Assembly: GCA_000002445.1 (NCBI GenBank)
Contig: CM000207.1
Location: 736,001-800,000 of the forward strand
DNA length: 64,000 nt
Origin: Trypanosoma brucei
Taxonomy: Eukaryota
Direction: 5' to 3'
Shown: positions 42,569 through 52,839 of the stretch, piece after piece
How positions within the stretch are numbered: position 1 is the stretch's first letter
Layout: each line of letters starts with the position of its first letter
Position numbers and translations under genes: made by a program
Notes under the pieces: generated by a model
What the model was told of the DNA's origin: nothing
Seen by the model: only the letters and a program-made list of their open reading frames with translations
The model's database searches: none

Positions 42569-44971
42569 TTGTGCTGCCAAGGTTTGATAGTTTATGTCAA
42601 TTTCTTTCCTCAACAAGAGCTTCAAAGAAGAAGTCGCTTTGTTTTCAAAGGCCGTGACACCCGACAACGAAAGTTGGGTGGTGGACGGTTTGTTGCAGAG
42701 GTGTTAAACGAAGCATGCTTGTTCTCTGCTGTTTCTCTCTCTCTCTCATGTCATTACTGCAGTCCCCATCCGTGGCGCGTGCAGAAAAAAAGGATCTGTG
42801 GAAAAATGAATGACCAGGACCGTTTTCACTCTCCCCTCTGGTGTGTGAATTACCCAATCGAGTTATGCTATTCTTCTAGCTGTCTAACACATCCCCTCTC
42901 ATCTAATTATTGCTGTTGTTTTCAATGCACATATCTTTCCCTCAAATTGTGTGGCATGAACGAAGATACAGTTGTTTCTTGGAGAAACTCCTTTTGTACG
43001 ATGGAAAACGCAAGGAATCTGGAGCAAACGATCCCACCAGTTAGTGTCCCTTGTCAAGCTGAAGACTCTGCTCATCCCTCGCTGCAGCAGGGCTCATTGT
43101 TCCCCTCTCGATTTTCTCGGTGCGTGAGTCCAGGCTCCATGCCGCTCCAACCAGATGCAGTTGTAGACGACCAGGCGGAGCCCACTTCGCCGCCGATATC
43201 ACACAACCAAAATGATGCCACATCGAACCCGAATGCTCCTGACGCATCCGTAGCACCGCGACCGGTGGAAGCCTGTGCCATAAGCACATTGGTTAATGAC
43301 GATTCCTCTACCTTCCATCGGTCGCTGGATGCGCCTGAAGTTGTAAAGTCACCCGCGCTAACAGTAAGGAGACGTAAGATTGTCGCGGGAAGTAATTCCT
43401 TCCGCGGCTCAACTCAACTTGCCCAGAACTCTGTCAGTGATTTTAGCCTATCCAGGCAACACGTCGACGATTTTTCACTTACCGATGCGGAGAGCAAACA
43501 TACTAATGGAATGTCCTTCAGCTCTCATGTTGCTGCGATCCCCATGCATGCGGTTGCGAGCTTGCTGTTCACAACACAGAGGAGGTCATTGATGGGACAT
43601 TACTTCCACACGTGGTGGAGGTGCGCCTTGCTCGCTCGCCAAATTGGGGCTAATTTCAGAAGTCCCGAATCATCAAGAGAGGCTGCATCGACAGATTTGA
43701 GGAAGGCAGTGAGTGTCGCGCAAGCGAACCAGTTGTTAGGCAGGACGGAGATCCCTCACTTGAACCGGCCCGCGCTAATGTCATGCGACAGTTCCGTAAA
43801 CGCCTCGCCATTCACTTCGCCCGTAAAAAGAGGGATCTCAACGGGAAAGTGTGTACCCAGCTGCTGCGCCCCGTCGTCGAGAGCTTCGTCTGCTCACCGG
43901 AGCCCTGGAATGCTGCTGGTCCCATTTGGCCCCACGAGAGGCCAGTCCCCAGCCGTGCGGGGGCTTCAAAGGTTGAGCATAGGAAATTTGCAATGTTCAA
44001 GAGATTTCTGCACGGGTATGACAAGGGAGACCCGATCCGACAGTGGAAGTAGCGGCACCGACCAACGCCCACCAGCGATTTCAGTAGATATGCTCCACGT
44101 TTATACGAGCATATTAACGGAAGAGGAGTGGGGGGCTCGCACCACAGTTATGCGAGAAGAGGCTTCCGAACGCTACAAAATTCAAACGCTCACAAGTGAG
44201 GTATTAGATCGAGATTTTAAGGAAGCTTTGTGTAGGAGGAGGGCTGTCATGCTTCGTGGATGCCCGCAATCGGATGGTTTGCGAAGAGCAAAAGGTGGCG
44301 GTAAAAGGGAAGCTTGTGTTGACCGCCACCACTTACCGGGGCGGCCGGAGGGTTCGAGTGAGCGTCAAGGGTGTGCTCCGTTACCAAACTCAGCGGCCGC
44401 GATATGCGTGCTGCCGGAAGCTGCAAATGCTCCGAAAAGCGAAAGTAAAGATGACCCCTTAAACGGCCTCATGGCGTGTACTTCTCCTCCATCGTCTCAC
44501 GGCTGCAACCCACTAACAGCCGGGCCCGTAGGCAATACAGCGGGTGTGTCTCATGGAATACTACCCAACTCGTGCGCTTCTTTAGCAAGCAGTGGCGCTC
44601 ACGCAGAGAACAGCATCTCCATTTGCATATCCAACTGTTCCGAAAACACGGTGGAATCAGGTCGACCTCACAATCCCTCCGAAGCCCCAAAAGGGGACAC
44701 AACAGAGCCGATCAGGGAGCCGTTGGGATCGTCCAAACCCCAAAAAGATGATACGACCGCTGCAGACTGCACGGAAGCCAAAAAATTATTGGACGACTCA
44801 TTGGAGCTTGACCTTCAGAGGTATTTGCAGCTGGATTTAGTGGATAGGGAACGTGAGGATAGGCTTCGCATCGTAAAGAAGTACCGCAATGGTCTACAGC
44901 AACTGTTAAACATTTTCTTTGGGAAGAAGCACTGTCGAACACGTCCTAATGATACTAGTAATCAAAATTAA
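42569..44971 (+). CDS. Hypothetical protein; the annotated ORF is 800 aa but the true start is probably near 42956 (MNEDTVVSW), giving about 671 aa
   Basis: The first ~130 codons of the ORF translate low-complexity UTR-like sequence (tctctctc gives SLSLS). Downstream is a Ser/Pro/Ala-rich, probably disordered protein with a C-terminal acidic/coiled segment. Confidence 0.45.
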   Translation: MCCQGLIVYVNFFPQQELQRRSRFVFKGRDTRQRKLGGGRFVAEVLNEACLFSAVSLSLSCHYCSPHPWRVQKKRICGKMNDQDRFHSPLWCVNYPIELCYSSSCLTHPLSSNYCCCFQCTYLSLKLCGMNEDTVVSWRNSFCTMENARNLEQTIPPVSVPCQAEDSAHPSLQQGSLFPSRFSRCVSPGSMPLQPDAVVDDQAEPTSPPISHNQNDATSNPNAPDASVAPRPVEACAISTLVNDDSSTFHRSLDAPEVVKSPALTVRRRKIVAGSNSFRGSTQLAQNSVSDFSLSRQHVDDFSLTDAESKHTNGMSFSSHVAAIPMHAVASLLFTTQRRSLMGHYFHTWWRCALLARQIGANFRSPESSREAASTDLRKAVSVAQANQLLGRTEIPHLNRPALMSCDSSVNASPFTSPVKRGISTGKCVPSCCAPSSRASSAHRSPGMLLVPFGPTRGQSPAVRGLQRLSIGNLQCSRDFCTGMTRETRSDSGSSGTDQRPPAISVDMLHVYTSILTEEEWGARTTVMREEASERYKIQTLTSEVLDRDFKEALCRRRAVMLRGCPQSDGLRRAKGGGKREACVDRHHLPGRPEGSSERQGCAPLPNSAAAICVLPEAANAPKSESKDDPLNGLMACTSPPSSHGCNPLTAGPVGNTAGVSHGILPNSCASLASSGAHAENSISICISNCSENTVESGRPHNPSEAPKGDTTEPIREPLGSSKPQKDDTTAADCTEAKKLLDDSLELDLQRYLQLDLVDREREDRLRIVKKYRNGLQQLLNIFFGKKHCRTRPNDTSNQN

Positions 44972-46659
44972 GTGAACGAAGAGATCGGTAACACATTGAC
45001 CCTTGTAATATTTGTGCGTCTACGTTTGTGCCCACTTGTTCAGTGTATCAGTGGGGCGGCGTGTATTTCTTGCCGTTGGCAGGTGCGCGCAGAGCTTACC
45101 GCGTCTATATATATATATATATATAACATACATATGTGTGAAGTTGTACCTTTTGTTTTCCCCCTTTCATCCCGTCTCATTATGAGCTATTTTGTCTCTC
45201 TCTTGTTTTAGTTCTCCCCCCTTTTGCGCTTACATGTTTTTTTTCTCGTGCCGCTTATGCATGACCACCGCAACGGATCGGGCAAAGGGAGAAAATAGGA
45301 GAGGGGGCTGTTCCTCCCCTTCCTTTCGGATTTTCTTTGTTTTTACACGTCTATTTCTGACCGATTTCTTTTTGTATCTGCTTTTCGGTGCGGCCTCGTT
45401 CCGTACCATTACTTCCCCTCTGTTTCTGCCGTCACGACATTTGTCTTGTGTTTTATCTTTCCCTTGAGCCTTTTGTTTTGTACCCGTGCCTGTATTACCT
45501 GCTTTGTTTATTGCCTCCTTTCTCAGTAAAGGCTACCACCACGCAGTTCCTCCCTTTGATTTTCGTTCTCTCCTCTTCTTTTCCCCCATTTTTTCTTCAT
45601 TTTTGTTACTTCTCACTACTATTAATTTTCTTCCGATGTTTTTTTTGTGGTTGATATAATTAAAGGAATATTATGTGCGTGCGGCAGCGCTCCATCTCAC
45701 GTTCCATCATTTATGCTTGATATTCCTATCTCTGCTCTCAATTTTCCTCATTTACCTTTTCCATTTGAGGATGTTGTGAAACAGACATGTTTAAAAAATC
45801 GATTCATTGAAGGAATGGTGAGTTGGGGAATAGAACGAGTTAAGGCAGCAAAACGAAACAAAAAAAGTGAAAGGAGGAAATACAAATGAAAATGGGGGAA
45901 AAGGAAAATGTGAGGTGCTTAAAATAAGATGAGAGAGCGCAACCACATATTCGGGTTGGATTGGATAAGAGCTTAAGAAACATCTGAAACTTACCACCTG
46001 AAGGAGAATCCTCCAGTACACATATTCATCACATGTCTTGATATATTTATTTATTAATATTTGTGTGTGTGTGTGATTTTGTATTTGTGTGCATTTTTGT
46101 GTGTGTATGTGCCAAAAACCTTTTAGCTGTGCTTACATTTAATGCTCCCACACCATATGGTTTACGCCCGTTAACGCCTTCCAACATGCAAGTGCCAGTT
46201 TTTACTCAAACATCAAGGCCTTCGCATATTCATATTGAATTACGAGTGCTTGTACGTTCATCAACACGGGTCATATTAGCAGATGAGAGTAATATTGTGC
46301 ATATTTTATGTATATATGCATGTACATATGCTTTAATATTTACATGTTTTTCTTTCCTCTTTTTAGCTCTGTTAAACCCTTTGACCCGATTTCTGTTTCT
46401 CCTTTTACTTTCTCCCTTCTTCCCCGTCACTCATATCTTATCTCATAAAGTGGTGCCGAACCTCCTTTTTTTTAAAAAAAAAGTACAATACCCACCGCAG
46501 CGCTCATCATTATCAGGCGCGACTTCCAAGCCTAGCGAGGACTGCCTTGGTCGGCCAACTCCGTGCTTTTTGTTCTTTTAAGTTACTTTTCACTTCCCGT
46601 TAGGGTGGAATGTTCAAAACGAAAATAGCAGGAAAAACTGAAAAGAATATTGTTGTTAG

Positions 46660-46663
<4 letters not shown>

Positions 46664-46697
<34 letters not shown>
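46664..46697. repeat. (AT)17 microsatellite with an imperfect extension to about 46730
   Basis: Direct read. Confidence 0.9.
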
Positions 46698-46700
<3 letters not shown>

Positions 46701-47198
46701 TATATGTTATATGCATATATAACGTAATAGTAGAGGTACCCCAGTTTAGTTCCTTTTGACTCTCTCAATGGTTAACGACGAAGTTTCTCTGCTTGTTTTC
46801 CTCCCTCTGTCTTTTTTTTTTTGAAAATTCTTTCTTCGTATCTCCAACCCTTTCACGAAGTCGTGATAACCATATCTATGGGGCAAAACTACATCCAAAA
46901 AGTATAGTTCTTCTTCAACTTACGTGGAGAAATGAGAGTGTAGACAAAGATGTAAGGTAACCCTTCTTTCATACATTTCTTTATTTATGTTATTCTACCC
47001 CCTTTTTTTCACTTCTTATCACTCTTCTCCTGCGCTGTCACGCCCACACGAGGGTGGTTGTTTTCCAGTAACCAAGGGACAAGTTGGGTTCGCTTTCATT
47101 AAAAGACCGGTTAAGCATTTCCTTTCTGTGGAAAAGAATCTATCGCGCAGAGAGGGCAGCTGCAGGCGTTTGAGCGCCCTAACGCACACGTTGCCGTC

Positions 47199-49706
47199 AT
47201 GTCCATGCTCTGTTTGGCACAGTGGGCACTACTGTTGGTGTTGTGTCTGGTTGGTTGTTGCTGCACCGTGAGTGGAGGATCAGAAGTTTTGGCCGTAGAC
47301 ATTGGAGCTGACTGGGCGAAGGGTGCCACACGTGTGATTGGAGGCAGCACCGCCCCGCGGGCCAGCATAGTACTCAATGATCAGACAAACCGTAAGAGCC
47401 CACAATGTATCGCCTTTCGTATTGTGCCCAACGCCGGAAACGACACGTTGCGCAGCGTCGAGCGCTTATTTGCAGAGGAGGCTCGTTCTTTGGAACCACG
47501 CTTCCCCCAGCAGTCCATTTGCGGCCCTTCGCTACTCGCAGGACTGATCGTTTCGAAGGAAATCTCTGCGGGACAGAAACATCACGAACAAACAGGTAAT
47601 CAAAGGTCGGAACGTGAAGGTGTCATCTCTTTTAGTGATACCGATAGGTTTACGTATGTGGTTGTGCCGCAAATTCGCCGCAAGTCTGCGGTGGTTCGTA
47701 TCACTCCGGGTGGTAGCAGCGAAGGTACAACCACCGCACCAATAGAGTTCACTGTGGAGGAGTTGATTGGAATGATTTTGGGACACATGAAACGGTCTGC
47801 GGAACGTTCGCTGGATGGTGCGCCGGTGCGACACCTTGTGTTGGTTGTGCCGACCTCCTCCAGTTTGGCGTACCGTCAAGCCATGGTTGACGCTGCTGCC
47901 GTGGTGGGTTTGCGAACTATCCGCCTCGTGCATGGTTCTGCAGCAGCGGCAACGCAGCTTGCACACCTCAATACAGAGACTTTATTTCGTGGTCATCCCT
48001 CCAACACAACTGAGAGAAAATATGCAATGATATACGACATGGGTAGTTCCAAAACCGAGGTGGCCGTGTTTCGTTTTACCCCTGCTACCGCACGTGACGA
48101 CTTTGGGACAGTTACTCTGGTGGCTTCCGCTACAAACCATACGCTAGGAGGCAGGTCGTTCGACCGCTGTCTTGCACGTTATGTGGAGAGAAATTTGTTC
48201 CCCGCCGCGAAGCCAACACCGGTCACGCCAGTACTAGACAGAAAACCGGTTACAGCCACCACTCGGCGCGCAGTGGTTAGCCTGCTACGCGCCGTCAACG
48301 CGGCGAGGGAGCGGTTGTCGGTAAATCAAAATGTTCCTTTTGTTGTGCCCGGCGTTCGTGAAGACGGGGGCGACTTCATCGCAAATATTTCTCGTGCGCA
48401 GTTCGAAGAAGCCTGTGGTGAATTGTTTAACGAGGCAGTACGGCTTCGTGACCACGCCATTACGCAGACGAATGGTACGGTGCGGTCACTCAATGAGTTG
48501 GTGCGCCTTGAACTAATTGGTGGTGCCACACGTATGCCAAAACTGCAGGAACGGTTGAGTGAAGGTTACGGTAAACCGGCGGATAGAACTCTTAACAGTG
48601 ATGAGGCAGTTGTCTCAGGAGCGGCACTGATGATCCACGACACCCTCAGCCGAATTCGCGTTATGGAGTCCTTGACAAATGATATCTACTTCACTGCTTC
48701 ACCCCCGATTAAGGAATCAAATGAAACCAAGCCTCATCGTAACCTTCTGTTCGCCAAGCGGAACACCACCGTTCCGGCAGCCCGGTCGCTAATATTTCCA
48801 AACCGCACAGCCGACTTCACACTAACGCTTCATGACGGTAACGGACGCTACTCGCGTTCTGTGCTAGTGAGTGGTGTGAGTGGGAGCATGAATGCTGCGC
48901 GCGAGAAGGAAAAGGAAATGAGTACCGAAAGAGCGAACAAAGTTACCAAAACTTCTGTGGTCCTCCGCCAGGTAGAGGTGGTGGTGGAGGTGGTGCTCAG
49001 TAGAAGCGGGCTGCCCTATGTGGCCGGTTCGTACGTCCACGCTAGATACGCGGAGCAGGTGACTGTGCTACCTTCGGTGAAAAAGACTGGGGATAACGAA
49101 ACTACGGCACAAAAGGACGAGAACAACAATCCGTCTCAAAACGAAACTGACACGACGAGTACCATTAGCCCCGGGAGGGAAAAGAGAAGTGGGGGTTCTC
49201 CGTCTGCAGCAAACTCTAATAGCGCGAAAATGCAAAACTCCAGAGCAGATGAAGCAAAAGAGAATGAGACCCCAACCGGTGACGAAATCCTGGAAGTCAA
49301 TGAGAGGGATGCAGGAACTGGTGGGAAGAATAACAATGCAAAAGTGAGGCATTTTGCACTTCGCTTTCCGTTGAACAACACTCCAGCACCTTCCTCAACT
49401 TCGCAAGGCGGTGTGAACATGAACAAAGAGGAGGCCCTTGCAGCGCGGAACCGCCTTCGTGCACTTCAGCGCCTTGACGACGAGCGGTTGCGGCGTAGTG
49501 GTCTGCTTAATGACGTCGAGTCCCTGCTCCTTCATTACAAGTCCCTTGATGCCTGGTCTGCGCAGCAAAGCGATGATAACTCGAATGACTGGCGGTCCGT
49601 TGTGAAGGACGTATCACGGTGGTTTGAAGAAGTTGGGGGCGACGTTAACGTGACAGAGTTGCAGAAGCAATATCAACGTCTGAAGGACCTAAAGCTCGGT
49701 GAGTGA
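47199..49706 (+). CDS. Hsp70-superfamily large chaperone, Grp170/ORP150 (Hsp110-type) like, with an N-terminal signal peptide
   Basis: N-terminus MSMLCLAQWALLLVLCLVGCCCTVSGG is a signal peptide. VLAVDIGADWAKGA and IVLNDQTNRKSPQCIAF match the Grp170 and Hsp70 N-terminal phosphate-1 region. RLVHGSAAAATQLAH and ELIGGATRMPKLQERL match the Hsp70 connect and adenosine motifs. It has a long acidic, low-complexity C-terminal extension and ends in KLGE with no KDEL/MDDL-type motif. Confidence 0.7.
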   Translation: MSMLCLAQWALLLVLCLVGCCCTVSGGSEVLAVDIGADWAKGATRVIGGSTAPRASIVLNDQTNRKSPQCIAFRIVPNAGNDTLRSVERLFAEEARSLEPRFPQQSICGPSLLAGLIVSKEISAGQKHHEQTGNQRSEREGVISFSDTDRFTYVVVPQIRRKSAVVRITPGGSSEGTTTAPIEFTVEELIGMILGHMKRSAERSLDGAPVRHLVLVVPTSSSLAYRQAMVDAAAVVGLRTIRLVHGSAAAATQLAHLNTETLFRGHPSNTTERKYAMIYDMGSSKTEVAVFRFTPATARDDFGTVTLVASATNHTLGGRSFDRCLARYVERNLFPAAKPTPVTPVLDRKPVTATTRRAVVSLLRAVNAARERLSVNQNVPFVVPGVREDGGDFIANISRAQFEEACGELFNEAVRLRDHAITQTNGTVRSLNELVRLELIGGATRMPKLQERLSEGYGKPADRTLNSDEAVVSGAALMIHDTLSRIRVMESLTNDIYFTASPPIKESNETKPHRNLLFAKRNTTVPAARSLIFPNRTADFTLTLHDGNGRYSRSVLVSGVSGSMNAAREKEKEMSTERANKVTKTSVVLRQVEVVVEVVLSRSGLPYVAGSYVHARYAEQVTVLPSVKKTGDNETTAQKDENNNPSQNETDTTSTISPGREKRSGGSPSAANSNSAKMQNSRADEAKENETPTGDEILEVNERDAGTGGKNNNAKVRHFALRFPLNNTPAPSSTSQGGVNMNKEEALAARNRLRALQRLDDERLRRSGLLNDVESLLLHYKSLDAWSAQQSDDNSNDWRSVVKDVSRWFEEVGGDVNVTELQKQYQRLKDLKLGE

Positions 49707-50574
49707 GCCCCCTACACACACACACTCACTCACTCTGTTCACTTTTCAGGGACCTTTCGTGTGCCAGCCTCAGTGACGTACTTACGAAAGAAGGGAAGTG
49801 TCGGACTTCATGCTGATATTATTGGTAGAGCTTGCTAGCATGGTACATGACAGGACGGCATATGTCCCTTGCGATCGTTAGGTGAGGGGAGGAAAAAAAA
49901 AAAATGGAGTAACAAAGGTTTTTACTATGTGGGAATCTCGGGCTCTAGCATTTGCTTGGTTCCTACATTTGTATTATGCGTGTTGGCTCCGTTGCTTCTC
50001 CCCGCTTGCACTTTAATTCTCAAGTATCCTCCCTGAGTTTGGGTCATGCTTAAGTGTTTTTTAAGCAGCAGTTTGCCATAGAAGCTGGTTATGTTGTGCG
50101 TTTTTTTCTTTTCATTCAATTAACCAGCTCCCATGGACCCATAACTTCTACTGTGTCTTACTGTTTCACATACTTTAAAAACACCCTATATTCCACCCAC
50201 GCTGCCCAACGCCAGTTACAATGTTTCTTTTTTGCGTCTTTTGATTTCATTACTGCTAAACTGTCATTGTTGAAACCCTCTCTCTTTTCGCTTTTTTTTT
50301 GTGTGTGTGTATGTTTGCAGATTACCGGAAATAGGTGGGAAGAAGCAGGCACAAACAGGAGGTGGCCAAAGAAAAGATTAGGAAACATCTCCTCATCGCA
50401 GCTCTTTATTACTGTCTTTTCTTTTGAGCCGCAGTTTACACCTGTATTCCTCTGTTTTTGTTTAACTCCGGAGGTAACACAGGCGTGTCATTAGATTCGG
50501 AAAGAGGCAAAACTAGTACGTGTCCGTAGCGGCAATTTTTTTTTTGTGTGTGTGCGAGGGCCTAACAACAACAA

Positions 50575-52008
50575 ATGCTTCGTCCATCCTTTTGCAGATG
50601 TCTTCCCGTGCTGAACTGCACGCTGAGCGCTCCTCAATGTGCTGCTGCGATTGACCGTTGCACACCGGTTGTTTACTCTTCACTTCCCAACGGATGTCGT
50701 GTGGCCACCGAATATTTGCCAAATTGTCAGTTTGCCACCGTTGGGGTGTGGATTGACGCAGGCAGTCGCTTCGAGGATATTAACAACAACGGCGTTGCGC
50801 ACTTTCTTGAACACATGAACTTCAAAGGCACTGCAAAGTACTCCAAGCGTGCCGTGGAAGATCTCTTCGAGCATAGGGGGGCCCACTTCAATGCATACAC
50901 TTCGCGTGACCGAACAGCATATTACGTGAAGGCGTTCAAATATGATGTGGAGAAAATGATTGATGTTGTCTCGGATTTACTGCAAAACGGCAGATACGAC
51001 CCAAGCGATGTCGAGTTGGAGAGGCCGACAATCCTAGCCGAGATGCGGGAGGTGGAGGAGCTGGTGGATGAAGTGCTCATGGATAACCTCCATCAGGCAG
51101 CTTATGACCCGGCACACTGCGGGCTTCCGCTCACTATTCTAGGCCCTGTGGAAAACATTTCCTCCCGCATAAACCGTGACATGATACAGGAGTTTGTTCG
51201 GGTGCACTACACCGGCCCGCGCATGTCTTTCATTAGTTCCGGTGGCATCCATCCAGAAGAAGCACATAGGCTTGCCGAGAAGTTCTTTGGAAACCTCCCT
51301 GCAGCGAACAACTCCCCACTGCTGCAGTCACAATACCGGGGTGGTTACACCGTGATGTGGAACGAACAAATGGCCACGGCAAATACCGCTTTCGCGTATC
51401 CTATATGCGGGGCCATACACGACGACAGCTACGCACTACAGTTAGTTCATAACGTTATTGGGCAAGTGCGTGAAGGACAACATGACCAATTTGCTCATCA
51501 GCGACTGAACCCGCGGCTCCCGTGGGAAAAGTTGTCAAACCTGGTCCAGCTGCGACCTTTCTATACTCCATACAAAGAGACTAGTCTCCTTGGGTATCAG
51601 TTAGTTACTATGCGCACGGCAGTCGCTGACGCCAACGGCGGTGTTCAGCGAGATGAGAGCCAGACTGTGTTGCTGGATCACATGCTAAAGTTGTTTAATG
51701 AGCTGTCTACCAAAGCTGTTGACGCTGCACTCCTCGAGGAGGCAAAAAGTGAGTATAAGTCATCGGTTATGATGATGCGAGACAGCACAACAAATAGCGC
51801 GGAGGACTTGGGTCGGCAGATGATTCACCTTGGCCGACGCGTGCCTCTGCGGGAGGTGTTCGAGCGAGTGGATGCCGTCACTCCAGCAGTGTTTCGTGAC
51901 ACATTAGCGAAGTACGTACAAGCGGTTCAACCTACAGTTTCGTACATTGGTTCGGCCTCCGCTGTCCCTCGATTTGACGCCCTCACACAAGTAAAGCACA
52001 TACTTTGA
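50575..52008 (+). CDS. Mitochondrial processing peptidase beta subunit (M16 metallopeptidase)
   Basis: Inverted zinc-binding motif HFLEHMNFKGT (HxxEH). The blocks HFNAYTSRDRTAYYVKAF and ERPTILAEMREVEE match MPP-beta. The N-terminal presequence is MLRPSFCRCLPVLNCTLS. Confidence 0.85.
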   Translation: MLRPSFCRCLPVLNCTLSAPQCAAAIDRCTPVVYSSLPNGCRVATEYLPNCQFATVGVWIDAGSRFEDINNNGVAHFLEHMNFKGTAKYSKRAVEDLFEHRGAHFNAYTSRDRTAYYVKAFKYDVEKMIDVVSDLLQNGRYDPSDVELERPTILAEMREVEELVDEVLMDNLHQAAYDPAHCGLPLTILGPVENISSRINRDMIQEFVRVHYTGPRMSFISSGGIHPEEAHRLAEKFFGNLPAANNSPLLQSQYRGGYTVMWNEQMATANTAFAYPICGAIHDDSYALQLVHNVIGQVREGQHDQFAHQRLNPRLPWEKLSNLVQLRPFYTPYKETSLLGYQLVTMRTAVADANGGVQRDESQTVLLDHMLKLFNELSTKAVDAALLEEAKSEYKSSVMMMRDSTTNSAEDLGRQMIHLGRRVPLREVFERVDAVTPAVFRDTLAKYVQAVQPTVSYIGSASAVPRFDALTQVKHIL

Positions 52009-52839
52009 TGGAATCGGCGCCGCTGAATGAGGCGGTATGAGCCTGACTTCGAGGTGGAAAAGGTGAGGGAAAGGAAAATGATGAAATAAGGTGCGGAAGA
52101 ACGAATAATAGCAACTGTGGTGTTGTAAAGGATGGTGGAAGAAAGCCGCACACGTGGACAAGTACGTGGGTTTGCCTTGTGACGTGGCAGAACAACTACG
52201 AAGGCTGATAATTAGGTATTTTGGTGTCTGTGAAGAAGTGAGACGGCAACGGTGGCAAAACTGCGGCTGAAGGAAGGGGAATGAGTTGAATATCAGTGGA
52301 GGTGGAGGAGAAAGAGGAGCCCCGGTCCGGTTGCGCACAGTTTTCTTTTGAAGGAACACTAACATATGTTGAACCACCTTGTCTGGTTACTAACGTCATC
52401 TCTTGGTGGTTCCTCGTTACTGCGTTAAAGCGGCACCCCGTCTGCCAGACCCTGTACCTCTTGTTTTCGTTCGAACTGAATTTATAGCGGCCTACAGCTC
52501 AGTTTTATTTACTAGTAGGCTACCGTGCGATTTCCATAACTTTTCTTTTTTTTTTAAAAAAAAGTTCTTTCAGTCATATTGATACACTCGTTGCATCTCC
52601 TTCCACATTCTGGCCATTCTGTGTGCTCGTGTGGGGAAGTTGGGTTACATGTTGAGTTAGCTGGATCAGCTCTCACAGACTAGCACTTTTTTCATCGACA
52701 AAAAGAGCAGTGTAGGCTCCACATTGTGTAAAAATATAGCAGAAAGGTGCTTACACCAAGGAGAAAGGACGGGATAGGCGAGACACCGTAAAAGCTGGGA
52801 AGTGTAAGGAGATAAGGAAAGCCTAGCCGCCGTGCATGT

